Positions 14,393-27,473 of a stretch of 64,000 nucleotides of DNA are shown piece by piece. The notes under the pieces are model-generated. The model saw only the letters and a program-made list of their open reading frames with translations. It did not search any database and had not been told where the DNA came from. The translations under genes were made by a program, and so were the position numbers. Source of the stretch: Eledone cirrhosa. Lineage: Eukaryota. Position 1 is the first letter of the stretch; the number at the start of each line of letters is the position of its first letter. The stretch lies in contig OZ024743.1 in assembly GCA_964016885.1 (NCBI GenBank), forward strand, positions 146,382,001 through 146,446,000. Reading direction: 5' to 3'.

Positions 14393-16078
14393 GTTGTGGT
14401 CGTTGTTGTGGTTGTTACTGTTGTTGTTGTGGTTGTTACTGTTGTTGTGGTTGTTACTGTTGTGGTTGTTGTTGCTGTTACTGCTGTTGTGGTTGTTGTT
14501 GTTGTTGTTACTGCTGTTTGGTTGTTACTATTGTGGTTGTTACTGTTGTTGTTGTTGTTGTTACTGCTGTTGTGGTTGTTACTGTTGTTGTGCTTGTTAC
14601 TGTTGTTGTGGTTGTTACTGTTGTGGTTGTTACTGTTGTGGTTGTTGCTGTTACTGCTGTTGTGGTTGTTGTTGTTGTTACTGCTGTTGTGGTTGTTACT
14701 ATTGTGGTTGTTACTGCTGTTGTGGTTCTTACTATTGTGGTTGTTACTGTTGTTGTGGTTGTTACTGTTGTGGTTGTTGTTACTGTTGTTGTTGTGGTTT
14801 TTACTATTGTTACTGTTGTTGTGGTTGTTACTGTTGTTGTTGTTGTTACTGTTGTTGTTGTTGTGGTTGTTACTGTTGTTACTATTGTTGTGGTTATTAC
14901 TGTTGTTGTGGTTGTTACTGTTGTTGTTGTTGTGGTTGTTACTGTTGTTACTATTGTTGTGGTTATTACTGTTGTTGTGGTTGTTACTGTTGTTGTTGTT
15001 GTGGTTGTTACTGTTGTTGTTGCTGTTGTTGTTGTTGTTGTGGTTGTTACTGTTGTGGTTGTTACTGTTGTTGTGGTTGTTACTGTTGTTGTTGTTGTGG
15101 TTGTTACTGTTGTTACTATTGTTGTGGTTATTACTGTTGTTGTGGTTGTTACTGTTGTTGTTGTTGTGGTTGTTACTGTTGTTACTATTGTTGTGGTTAT
15201 TACTGTTGTTGTGGTTGTTACTGTTGTTGTTGTTGTGGTTGTTACTGTTGTTACTATTGTTGTGGTTATTACTGTTGTTGTGGTTGTTACTGTTGTTGTT
15301 GTTGTGGTTGTTACTGTTGTTACTATTGTTGTGGTTATTACTGTTGTTGTGGTTGTTACTGTTGTTGTTGTTGTGGTTGTTACTGTTGTTGTTGCTGTTG
15401 TTGTTGTTGTTGTGGTTGTTACTGTTGTGGTTGTTACTGTTGTTGTGGTTGTTACTGTTGTTGTTGTTGTGGTTGTTACTGTTGTTACTGTTGTTGTGGT
15501 TGTTACTGTTGTTGTGGTTGTTACTGTTGTTGTTGTTGTGGTTGTTACTGTTGTTGTTGTTGTTGTTGTTGTTGTCGTTGTTACTGTTGTTGTGGTTGTT
15601 ATTGTTGTTGTGGTTGTTACTGTTGTTGTTGTTACTGTTGTTGTTGTTGTGGTTGTTACTGTTGTTGTTGTTACTGTTGTTGTTGTTGTTGTGGTTGTTA
15701 CTGTTGTGGTTGTTACTATTGTTGTGGTTGTTACTGTTGTTGTTGTTGTGGTTGTTACTGTTGTGGTTGTTACTATTGTTGTGGTTGTTACTGTTGTTGT
15801 GGTTGTTGTGGTTGTTACTGTTGTTGTTGTTGTTGTGGTTGTTACTGTTGTGGTTGTTACTGTTGTTGTTGTTGTCGTTGTTACTGTTGCTGTGGTTGTT
15901 ATAGTTGTTGTGGTTGTTACTGTTGTTGTTGTGGTTGTTACTGTTGTTGTGGTTGTTACTGTTGTTGTTGTGGTTGTTACTGTTGTTACTATTGTTGTGG
16001 TTGTTACTATTGTTGTGGTTGTTACTGTTGTTGTTGTTGTTGTTGTGGTTGTTACTGTTGTTGTTGTTACTGTTGTTG
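14393..16078. repeat. 1.7-kb compound trinucleotide repeat (GTT/GTG/ACT/ATT)
   Basis: Direct reading; produces poly-V/T/N/L/C pseudo-ORFs. Confidence 0.95.
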
Positions 16079-17322
16079 CGCTTGAGATACAGAAAAAAAT
16101 TAGGAAATGTATATGTGTGTGGGCTTGTGTAAAATTCATCAAAATCAAACACATATGTGCACATAGACTTACACACTTATACATGCTCAAACACATACAT
16201 ATACACACACACACTTATACACATATGTATTCAATTACCAAATATATTTTCACCATTCATACGTAAAAAATCATACAAACATGTGTATACATGCACACAT
16301 ATACACACACATCCATTCACACATATATACACACATCTATTGACACATATACATACACATCCATTCACACATATACACACACATCCATTGACACATATAC
16401 ACACACATCCATTCACACATGCATACATATATGTACACATATATGCATATCTACATATTTCATAAGGGACCAAAGACTGATGAAACCTAAAGCTAGAAGA
16501 ATGGTGTATTTACATTATATAATGCAATAGTGAGTTTTTTTCTTTCTTACATCTGCATAAGGCTGAATATTATGGCAGGAAGAAGCAGAGCCAGTAGAAT
16601 CAGCCAGTGGAATCAACACCAATTTATTACCAGTTCTTTATTTTTGATCCTGGAATAATTAAATACAAAGTTGGTTTCAGTGAATTTTAAACTCTGAATC
16701 TAAAGGGCTGAACTAAATACCACAAGGCATTTTGGTAGTATTCTAGTGTTTATTTTGTTTATTTTTTCCATGCTTAGTCAGAGAAAAAGGGACAATATTC
16801 ACAAACGTTTTTAGAGCCACACAGACTGGTTGAAGGTAAGGATGAAGTTATGTTCAGATTAAACCCTTTTCTGAATGTTTGCAACAGACTAGACTCGATT
16901 ACAGGTGCACATAGATCATTGGTGATATTAAAGCAGATGAAGGATTAAGTCTACTATGTGAGATTATGTCACCATGCATATCTAGTCTACTACCCATGGT
17001 GATTAATCATGGTCCAGTTGTAACATATATGTTTTATTGATAAACAGAATTATATATTAGTATATAAACACAATTTATGTAAAAAAAAGGAACAAAGAAG
17101 TGAGAGAAGACATGCACACACAATCACACACCATAGCAAGGGATACTGGAATTTCCCTCTAATAATCTTTGAGGAAAGCCAACACACTTGCAGCATTGTC
17201 ACAGGTGATAGTGAGGCAAAGGGGCTGGAATAATTTAGTACCCATGCAGGCATCAGCTGATAATTATTACTAAACAGTATATTTTAGATGAAGGAAATAT
17301 ATAATAAAGTAAGTAAGCAGTG

Positions 17323-17545
17323 TGGAGGCCTAGCGGTAAGGGTGTTGGACTTACCATTGTAATGTCATGGGTTCAATTCCTGGACTGAGTTGTGTGTTGT
17401 GTATTTGAGCAAAACACTTCATTTCAGCTTGTCCAGTATACTCAGCTGATAATGAGTACCAACTGTAGCTGGGAGAATAGCCCTGTGATGGACTGGCATC
17501 TTGTCCAGGGGGAAGTCTTGTACTGTCAGTCACTTAATGCTATGG
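17323..17545 (+). mobile_element. Diverged tRNA-derived SINE
   Basis: GGCCTAGCGG A box, GGTTCAATTCC B box, and a TTGAGCAAAACACTT core like family B. Confidence 0.6.
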
Positions 17546-18488
17546 AAAGCAGTATATATTTTTTTAATGATTTGTTGTGATATATAATCAAATACACTGG
17601 ACAAATGTAAATAAATATGTTTTTAAACCTAAGATCAAATCTACTGTTCAAATTAAATCTACAATGTAAAATAAAATCTATCACCCATTTACCCATGTCA
17701 TTCACCATGTCATTCACCATCCCATTAACAAACCAACAAATGAGTCTATATGTGGTTACTTGTCCTGCTAGAAATAGAAGCCAAATCATAAAATTCTCCT
17801 ATCTTAAAAAAAGAACACATGAAATAATGTCTTCCTGGGTTGATCTTGATAATAATATAAATGACTTTCTAGCATTAGCAGTAGGGCACAAGTTTTAGAG
17901 AAGAGTTTAGTCTGTTAACCCTTTTATTACCATATTTTTAATCAAACACACTGTCTATAATTTTCAAATCCTTTTCGAAATAATCAGAAATTTGGAAGGA
18001 TGTAATAATTCAACTAACTTATTATGATGGAAGGTTTTTAGATAAATATAAATACCTTAAAATAAACAGCTTTGTATCATAGAATCAGGTGTAGTTTTGG
18101 GCAGTTTGGTCTCAAAAGGGTTAAATAGAGGCCAATACAATGCTACAACTAACAGGAAGATACTGATCCAAGAGATGAAAATGTTTTTATTAATGGCTGG
18201 CTTCGTTATCTTTGAGATATTGGAAGTTAGTGCAACAAGACCAGCAGATCACCTTTCTTGGGAATTTGGCACACTGTAGCGTACTTCCAAAGATCATGAT
18301 ATATCTCTGTTGTTGTTGTTGTTGGTTATCATAAATAAGCTTTGATTAAACAGACATATCATTAAGGGGTTCAGCTATGACAATCCTGCCTTTTTAGGGG
18401 TATATAGGATTCCATCATCTATGTGTCCTTTCTTTTGTTAAGTTGGTAAGATGTGAGTTGAGGAAGATTTGACTACTATTTCTAACAG

Positions 18489-18769
18489 TTATGTAATAAA
18501 CAACGTAAGATAATTATTTCATTTACCAGTGGTTTCTTGAAAGCAGATATTGTATCTGTTTTCAGTCGTCGGAATGAATAAAAAACATGGTGTTTTACTC
18601 ATTTTATTCATTCCGACGACTGAAAACAGATACAATATCTGCTTTCAAGAAACCACTGGTAAATGAAATAATTATCTTATGTTGTTTATTACATAACTAA
18701 TAAGCTCTGTAGCCTACATAGAGCACTCTTTTTTCCTGTACCTTTCCGATGGAATTACTTCATTTACTT
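18489..18769. mobile_element. Young fold-back hammerhead element with TSD, inserted in an older repeat
   Basis: 97-bp arms 18487-18583 and 18602-18698 differ by one mismatch, followed by a ~70-nt tail. TSD TTTCTAACAG at 18479-18488 and 18770-18779. Confidence 0.85.
18607..18667 (+). ncRNA. Type I hammerhead motif with CCGACGA core variant
   Basis: TTCATT-CCGACGA-CTGAAAACAGATA CAA TATCTGCTTTCAA-GAAA-CCACTGG-TA-AATGAA. Identical mirror copy at 18518-18578 (-). Confidence 0.7.
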
Positions 18770-19019
18770 TTTCTAACAGGTAGAATGACCACGTAGAGTC
18801 TCAACATATAAGTTGTTGTTGTTTAGCCTCAGGTCATGACTGATCCAGATCTATGATCAAATGTATTCTACTCATGACAATCTCTTTTTTTGTTATAAAC
18901 TTGTCCTTCCTTTTTTTAAGATGTTTAGCTATGATATGAGGTTTGAGACACACACACACATGCACACATGCATATGCACACACATACACATACACACATA
19001 TAAGTTTATATGCAAAAAG

Positions 19020-19134
19020 TAAATGGAAATAACAAAGCAAACAACACAGTACAACGAAGAAATATATTAGTTTAATGCTTGAGAGAGTAAGAAAAGAGTT
19101 TTTACATGTTTGACACTAGTACTTCATCAGAAGA
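19020..19134 (-). mobile_element. Decayed Penelope-type terminal repeat with broken hammerhead
   Basis: Minus strand CTT-CTGATGA-AGTACTAGTGT-CAAA-CATG-TA. The downstream sequence aligns by eye with 47103-47185. Confidence 0.5.
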
Positions 19135-19277
19135 TAGAATGAAAAATAAAAGATGAAATAGAAAGATAGAGAGTAAGAAGAGGAAGAAATGGAAAACATT
19201 TTGTTGAAACTAAGCATATGTATATTTGTTAGCCATCTTGGGGAAAATGGCTGACTACACACACACACACATATATA

Positions 19278-20549
19278 CAATATGTGTCAGAAAAGAAACA
19301 GGACTGGGGTCGCAAAAAATATTTCAAAATATTTCAAATCCAAACTGCAAACTATACAAGTTTTCCCCTTCGAAATAACCCCCCTCAATTCTAATGTATT
19401 TTCCCATCCTTCTTTGCCATGCCCCCATGCACTCCTGGAAGGATTCTTCTAGGATACTCCACAGCTCTGTTATCACGGACCTCTTGATGGCTTCCACATA
19501 TGGAAAACGGGTTCCCTTGATGGCTGTCATGAGTGTGGAGGAAAGGAAAAAAAATCACATGGAGCCCGAGCGGGTGAGTAGGGAGGTTGCTCCACCACAA
19601 TGGTGTTATTCTTGACCGGGAACTGCTAGATGCTCAGGGTGTTGTGAGCTGGTGCATTATGGTAGTGAAGCAGCCAGGAGTTGTCCTGTCACAAATCTTG
19701 CCTTTTCTCATGCCCTCAATGAAGCAAATGCTGCAGTATCTCTCTATGTTAGTTGATCGTCTGGCCCTGTGGCAAGAACTCTTTGTGGACGATGTTACTC
19801 ACATCGAATAATGTGATCAACATGAGCTTGACTTTGGATTTTGACTGTTTTACTTCTTTCGTCTTGACAACTCTAGACTCATCCCCGAAGGCTCTGATAC
19901 TTGGTCTCCAGATTGTACTCAAAGATCCATTACCAGTGATGGCTCTCCCTAGCATGTCTGGTTTGGTTTCAAGGATGTCCTGACACATGCATGCACCATT
20001 CCTTCAGCACTGTCATTGCGCAGATCTTCCACATGCACAAACCTTTAGTGATAATCTTCCAAATGCAATCACAGTTCCCTTGCAATCAGTCAAACAGTCA
20101 GCCAATGATTGCTATGCATCACCACCTGCCTTACACACTCAACATTGGCCTCAGTCCTGCTCATTGAAAGCCTTCTGCTCCTGGAGTAGTTTTCTATGTC
20201 CATGTGTCCCTCTTTGAACCGTTTGTGTCACTTGAAAACCCTTGAGCATGACATCATCTCATCTCCATATATTTACTGTAGTATTCTGAGTGCTTCCGAT
20301 GAAGTTTTCTCCAGCAGCACTAGAAACTTCAGGTTGATTTGTTGCTTTGTGCCCATCTCTCAACAGCCTAAAATTGAGGAGCTGTTAACAAAAGCAAGTG
20401 AAAAATACCATACAATGGCTGCTGAGAGCTGAGATTGTGATTATATACTCCTTAAAAATGATGTCACATGGTGACACAACTCACTTACTCCTACCCCACA
20501 CATAGCTTATATGGCACATTAAGTCCTGTTACTTTTTTGACACATCTCG
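19278..20549 (-). mobile_element. Mariner transposon relic (full length, transposase pseudogene)
   Basis: Imperfect TIRs CAATATGTGTCAGAAAAGAAACAGGACT / AGTCCTGTTACTTTTTTGACACATCTCG with TA flanks. Minus-strand motifs KVKLMLITLFD..IVHKEFLPQGQTIN, LLHYHNAPAH and PPYSPARAPCDFF (consensus YSPDLAPxD). Confidence 0.9.
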
Positions 20550-20589
20550 TATGTAATATATATATATATATATAGTTCAAGGAGAGAAC

Positions 20590-20683
20590 AAACAGAGGTA
20601 CAAAAAGTCTTATTAGTTTCACACTTTATATGGAAAAAAGGAAAGAAAGTTCGACGTGTCGGGCTTTAGCCCTTCTTAAGGAG
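20590..20683 (-). mobile_element. Decayed Penelope-type terminal repeat with broken hammerhead
   Basis: Minus strand CTC-CTTAAGA-AGGGC TAAA GCCC-GACA-CG-TC-GAA, with two core substitutions relative to the 47067 motif. Confidence 0.45.
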
Positions 20684-20747
20684 TATAAAATTTGAGACAG
20701 GAACATAAAAGAGATAAGAAATAAAGGATTTCCAAATAAAGAGAAAT

Positions 20748-21045
20748 ATCATCACCATTTTACGTCCATTCTTCCATGCTAGCATGGGTTAGACGGGTTG
20801 TCCTGTTGTGGGCAATGCCAGGTCAGGCGACCATGTCTTGCTCATACAGGAACTGATTCTGGCTTGGTTTCTACAGCTGGATGCCCTTCCTAATGCCAAC
20901 TTCATTTACAGTGGGAGGGGTGGCGGCATACTGTTTATATGCTTCAGCTTTGGCTTGTACCCGTGGGAAGTCAGTTCTTCTGTATTACTACGTAACACCA
21001 GAGGTCTCTGTCCTGTGTCATCGCCTTTGAGTGGTGCAATTGGAC
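20748..21045 (-). mobile_element. Family C / 3' end of long-UTR RTE
   Basis: Same 3' end and ORF-terminal sequence as 59528-59935. Confidence 0.7.
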
Positions 21046-21519
21046 ATATTTATATATATATATATACAGCTCTGGGTCAATCATTAAGCAAAATAGGTAT
21101 GTTCAAGAAAAAGGTTTCAAGAAAAAGAGAGGCCAATAGAGTTTTTCCCCAGTGCTGAATTTACAATGGACAATGATGTAATGTGACAGCTGAACGAAGG
21201 TACCATCAAAGGGAGCTCTCCATAATCTGTTCAGTGTTTTGGACTGTTAAAGGTTTTAATCCATTTCTGTGTATATATATATACACACATATGTCATCAT
21301 CACTGTTTAATGTCCATTTTTTCACACTAGCGTGGGTTAGATGAGTTGTCCCATTGTGAGTCAAGGTGACCATGTCTTGCTTATACAGAACTGTTTCTGG
21401 CTTCGTTTCTATGGCTGGATGCCTCTCCTAATAGCAATCACATTTATAGTGTGGACTGAGTGCTTTTTGTTAAACCACGAGGCAAACACACACACACACA
21501 TATCTATCTATCTATCTAT

Positions 21520-21945
21520 CTAGGGCGGGTAAAATTCCCAAGATCCATGGACGAGTTCTCTCCAGCGGTCTCTGTCCCTCATTATCGCTGCCATGTCCTG
21601 CGTCTCCAACAGACCAGTGTCTGTCCTTAGGGCATCAACATACATTAACCTTGGTCTTCCTCTACCAGTGTGTCCATGTAGGGGCTCCCATAGGAGCACT
21701 GAGTGCAATGTCAACTCTGGGTGTCGGTAAGCATGTCCAGCTAACCTCAATCTCCTCTGTGTCACTTTTGAGCTGACTTTTGGGGGGCTCCCATACAGCT
21801 CTGAGATTTTCATCCTCAGTGTATACTGATTAATGTTCAGAGCCATCCTCAGCATTCTCGTGTAGCACCCATCTACCATCTGAGTGAGTTTCTTGGTCAG
21901 TGTCCACGTCTCAGATCTGTACAGCAGCACAGACTCCACTACAGC
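21520..21945 (-). mobile_element. RTE/RTE-X clade LINE 3' fragment
   Basis: ESVLLYRSETWTL...RMLRMALNI...RRLRLAGH...GRGRPRL..DRDRW, followed by (TAGA)n. Confidence 0.85.
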
Positions 21946-22230
21946 AATGAGCTTCTGCAGTTTTCATCTACCAAATTGGTCAACTCAATGCTATAGTAGA
22001 AGACACTTGCCTAAAGTGTCACACAGTAGAACTGAACCTAAATACCACATGAATTTGAAGTGAACTCCTTAATCACACAGCTATGCCTACACATACACAC
22101 ACATATACATATTCATGCATGCATAATTAAGTTTATACATTCAGATACATATGCACAGGTTTACACATATACATATGCATACCTATAAAAGTATATATCA
22201 TATACATACATACACACACACACACATACA

Positions 22231-22261
<31 letters not shown>

Positions 22262-22319
22262 ATAGATACACATATATATGTATGCCCTCGTTATTTTAAA
22301 CATACATTTTTTGTGTTTA

Positions 22320-22355
<36 letters not shown>

Positions 22356-22567
22356 ATATATATATATGTATATATATATGTAGATAAATCTACCAAGAGT
22401 GTACATAGATCTGTTGAATATGCATGCCAATTCTAACACATATATATCCTAGAAACGATCGTTAAATAATGAACTTTTTTTGTTTAATATAAGGAACTGT
22501 CTCATTGTTTATTCATTATTTGTTTAATATTTTATGTATATATATATATATATATATATGTAGATAA

Positions 22568-22716
22568 ATTATTTCTGAAGACGGCGTATATATGTGTTTG
22601 GTATGTATATTTAATCTTGATAATTTGTATAATTTTGTATAATTTTGTACATAGATCTGTTGAATATGCATACCAATTCTAACACATATATATCCTAGAA
22701 ACGATCGTTAAATAAT
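22568..22716 (+). ncRNA. Type I hammerhead motif with very long stem II
   Basis: ATTATTT-CTGAAGA-[~116-nt hairpin: GTATATATGTGTT TGGTATGTATATTTAA...TTGAATATGCATACCA..AACACATATATAT]-GAAA-CGATCG-TT-AAATAAT. Its 3' half is tandemly duplicated at 22401-22535. Confidence 0.65.
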
Positions 22717-22764
22717 GAACTTTTTTTGTTTAATATAAGGAATTGTTTATTCATTATTTGTTTA

Positions 22765-22796
<32 letters not shown>

Positions 22797-22799
22797 CAT

Positions 22800-22850
<51 letters not shown>

Positions 22851-22990
22851 TAAATATCATATATATACATATACATATATATATGTATATGTATTGATAC
22901 ATATATTCAATTATACTTATATCAGTTTATTTCAATCTCTTTGTATTCTCCCCCCTGTGTGCGTCTCTGATATTTAAGCCTCCTATCTAT

Positions 22991-23200
22991 ACCACAACCA
23001 CAACCACAACCACAACCATAACTACAACCACAACCACAACCACAACCACAACCATAACTACAACCACAACTACAACCACAACCATAACTACAACCACAAC
23101 CACAACCACAACCATAACTACAACCACAACCACAACCATAACTACAACTGCAACTACAACCACAACCACAACCACAACCACAACTACAACCACAACCACA
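22991..23200. repeat. (ACCACA)n hexamer repeat with ACCATAACT variants
   Basis: Direct reading. Confidence 0.9.
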
Positions 23201-23420
23201 AACACACATACACACACACACACATAACATACACTTACACACAGTTACCGATATAAACTGCCATGACTGATGTACACATGCACACAAATTCACATACACA
23301 TACACACATACACATACACATATATACACATACAAAAAACACACACATACACATACACATACATAAACATACAAAACACACACATGCGCACAAATTCACA
23401 TACATACACACACACACCCA

Positions 23421-23700
23421 TACGCATACAAAAAAAGACACATGCACACAAATTCACACACAACACATACACACACACAAACACACGCGTGCACACACAC
23501 ATATACACATACACATACGCATACAAAAAAAGACACATGCACACAAATTCACACACAACACATACACACACACAAACACACACGTGCACACACACATATA
23601 CACATACACATACGCATACAAAAAAAGACACATGCACACAAATTCACACACAACACATACACACACACAAACACACGCGTGCACACACACATATACACAG
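23421..23700. repeat. CA-derived minisatellite (~95-nt period)
   Basis: TACGCATACAAAAAAAGACACATG recurs at 23421, 23516 and 23611. Confidence 0.85.
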
Positions 23701-24457
23701 AGACACACGCACGTAGAGACACACATGCAGAGCATATTTCTATGAAATGAAGATTGTGTCTTTGTCATCTTTGTTGTTCGCTTCCATCAAGTTTTCTTCT
23801 GTCATCTGAAGACATTTCAACAATGAAACTCTCACCAGACATATTTTATGTTATCAACATTAGACTTTATTAAAATATCTCAATAGCTTTTGTACATTCT
23901 CTTCTATTGTCAGTGAACTGGTGTGTTGATATATTGCATGTCTGCTAACGTGTAGTTATTGGTGTGTATTGTATAATGTTTAGCTATTTATCTGTATATA
24001 TGTCTGTATTATGTGTCTATGTATGACTGTGTCTGTTTGTGATGTGGTTCTATTACAATATACAATGAAAATGTGTGTGTGTGTGCGTGTGTGCATGTGT
24101 GTATGTGTTGTGTACATATGTGCATATGTTGTGTATCTGTATGTGCATGTGTCAAGGAATGTGTATATGTATGTGTGTGTGTGTGAAGGAATGTGGATAT
24201 TTGCGCGTGTGCGTGTGCATGTGTGTGTGAGTTTGTGTGTGTGAGTTTGTGTGTGTGAAGAAATGTGTGTTTGTGTGTGTATGTTAAGACTTGTTAGTAT
24301 ATTTATGTGAACATACACACCGTACATAGCTCACATAAATGTACTCACAGACCCTGCATTTTTATATACATATATGTACCATATAACTGCCTATCTGCAT
24401 ATCTGTGGGTGTATGCCTCTTTAACACACACACACACATACATGTACATACACATAG

Positions 24458-26300
24458 AGGAAGCCCTTGTGCTATGGAGGTAATGCATTCTTGAAGATCT
24501 TGCCATAACTTGTAATGAATTTTCTCATTAGTTTTTAATATTATAAAGTGAGATGTGTTGCAACTGATTAAAAAAACAAAACAACAAAAATCCCAGACAA
24601 ATACTAAAAAAAGACAAGTAATGCAACCATTTTTTTTTACATGAAATTAACAATTTCTAAACATACAGAGTACTATATATATGTATAAAAACATTTGAAG
24701 AGAATTATGTTAGGGAATATATAAGAATAGTAATGATATAATAGCGTAGGTTCTTATCACAAACATGTTGAATACTGTTAGAGGTGAGGATGAGAGACAC
24801 TATTTTCTATCATCAACATCTTCTTGAGAGTTGAAGAACTTATCCAAAGTTGTTTGTTGTTTATGGTGTATCATCTCTTTGTATAGTTCAGTGTAGGAAC
24901 TGAGCTCATTGTAAACTCTTTTTGAAATTTTTATGTTATATTCATTATCAGCAAAATAACTTGTAGACTTTCCCCTATAAATGCCAACCTTTTAGCCATA
25001 TTCTGTATTCTCAGTTTGCTCTTGTTCTAACAGCATCAGTTCTTTATGGAACATTAACAATTCAACCATTTCTTCCTCTATGACTTCTATATCATTTGCA
25101 AGTGTCACAATATCTTTCTGTATTTAATGTAGACTTTCTGTTTGTGGAAAATTTGTAAAGTTAAGGATTCAGTTTGCCCATATACTTTTCCAAGCACCAT
25201 TCAAAGTTAAGGGTTTCACTTTACCCAAGACTCAGCTATGTTATCCATAACATCCATAATGTTGAACTCTTTTCAGAAGTCTCTAACTGTAGGTTTATCC
25301 ATCCCATCACTTGCTTTTATAAGTTGTTTCAAAGTTCTTCTCATACAATATTCCTTAAAATTAGATATCACATCTTGTTCCATTGGATTTAGCAAAGAAG
25401 TTGTATTGGGAATATATTCTACTCTCACAATGTTAGAAAGCTCATTAAAATGAGCAATTCTTTGTTGGAAATATGTCTGGCACTGTACCTTTCTACAGTA
25501 GGATAAAATATGTTTGTAAATCACTCTTCAAAAAACCTCTTAGTCATCTATACCTCCTTATTTGAATGCCAAATCAGAGGAAGATTAAACTTTGCATAAC
25601 CCTTGAAAGTGCTTCAATTTTTGAAGTGATACATAAGTAAGGGATTTAATCTCATATCACCTGTGACATTTCCTCCTTGAAGAGGCGGGCAATTTTTGGA
25701 AGCTTTAAATCCTGGTGTTGATTTGTTTCTCAAGAAATAAAAGTTCTAGCAGGTATGTAACTTTTAGAAAAGTGAACTTTCATCAACGTTGTATATTTTC
25801 TGGTGTGTAAGCCCCCTTCAGTAATTTTCTTCACCTGCTCAGGATAATTAGTAGTAGCCTCTGTAAGCTACAGAGAATCATTTATTGTGTAGTGATCAGG
25901 TTAATTTAGTCATTGGGCCTCATTCCTTTCCATTCTATTATTGGTTTCTTATATAGGCACACAAGGCCAACAATTTTCGATTAGATCGACCTCAGTGCGT
26001 GACTGGTACTTTATTTTATTGACCTCGTAAGGATGAAAGGCAAAGTTAACCTCGGGGAGATTTGAACTCTGATCATATAGGGCCGTAACTCTATGCTGCA
26101 AAGCATAGCGTCCGACCATCTACCGATACTGCCAATCCACCGCCTAGTCTATTATTGATAGTCTATTTGTTTGATTAAAAATGCTTCCTTGATCCATAGA
26201 TTGCCTACATTTTGTTCTATGACCAATATGGTGGTGGTTAGGCTCTTTTCCTTATAATGTATTTAGTGCTTCCAGAATAATGAATAGTTAGTAGTGATGT
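24458..26300 (-). mobile_element. Tigger/pogo DNA transposon relic, interrupted by a SINE
   Basis: Minus-strand motifs IYNVDESSLF, PGFKASK and PNTTSLLNPMEQDVISNFK (consensus PPNTTSLLQPMDQGVI). Boundaries are approximate. Confidence 0.8.
25940..26144 (-). mobile_element. tRNA-derived SINE (family A)
   Basis: A box TGGCAGTATCGG, B box GAGTTCAAATC, central GCCTTTCATCCTTACG..GTC.ATAAAATAAAGTACCAG. Confidence 0.8.
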
Positions 26301-27473
26301 GTTTTTTTATTTGGATATGCAGAATAATGCATGCACACTGGCCAACTCTCCTATCAGCAACATAGGAAAATACTTACATGTATATGTAGTGTACTGGGTA
26401 AGGTGAAATATATGTGATGAATGCTACATTGACATTACAGTTCAGCTCTTGCACATCTAGATATTAGAACACATCACAAACTCTACTACTACTCCATTTC
26501 TTCATATTTTAAAGAAGGTCTTACCAGTTTGGCAGGTTTGCAAGGATTGTGAGCACACTCGTTTCTCCACACTAAATAAAATTTAACTCCCCTAAAATAA
26601 TGATGATCATTTTACACAATTTACACAATTCATCATCCAATGGGAGATCTTCTATGTGGTTGCTTAATTTGTTAGAAATAGCAGCCAAATATCCTTCAAT
26701 CACAGTTTAAAGCAAAGAGCATACTGGATACCATGGTTTGAGGCACATTGTTCCTGGAAAGAAAGACAAGATGGTCATAGCTTGAATGCCTTTGATCATA
26801 TTTTTGCTTGACTGGAGCTGACTTTGGCATAAATAACATAACAATATCAATGAAATAGTTATGAAACAGTGAGAGAATATAAAAGGTTTTATGCTGTATA
26901 ATATAATAGAACTACACAACACATTGAAAGTGCTTGTTCACTAATTACTAAGAGACTTAAAATGTATATAAACATCCTAAATTCTCTTTTCGACTTCAAG
27001 ATCTATTAAAATATTAATTCCACTTCTGCTGTTCTAAAGGAGAAGTTTCAATTTTCTAATTTGTTTTTATTGTTTAGCCAGAGAGGGAAGGGTAATATCC
27101 AGGAGCCTTTGTCAGGACCTCTGAAACTAATGGGAGAGAGGGTAGAAGATATTTTCAAACCAGACAGCTGGCCCAAATCCTTGCAACAGAATGGACTCCA
27201 TTAAAGACGTCCAAGGACCAAATGGTGTTGGTGAAATCATAATGGTATTTACTTTATGCCCCAGTCTCTCTAATTTCCATATGTGTAATAATATTGAAAA
27301 ATAATACACTGCATGTAATGATAATCCCAATAATTAACAGAAACATTAATTAATTTTACTTTGAATATCTAATATCTACTGCAACTTGAAAAATGTTTCT
27401 TTCATCCAATATGAGGATTAATATCTCCTTACAAACAGTATAACTTAGACTACATTATTCCCTTCTATGGCAA

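Noticed and set aside
14394-16085. Cys-rich (metallothionein/keratin-like) and poly-Asn/Leu/Val ORFs
   Set aside because: They are alternative frames of the same GTT-based repeat.
23801-23842. CTGAAGA..GAAA hammerhead-like string
   Set aside because: Stem II is only 3 bp and stems I and III do not pair convincingly.
27078-27244. Exon-like segment with AG/GT boundaries
   Set aside because: Stop codons in all three plus-strand frames and no recognisable peptide.
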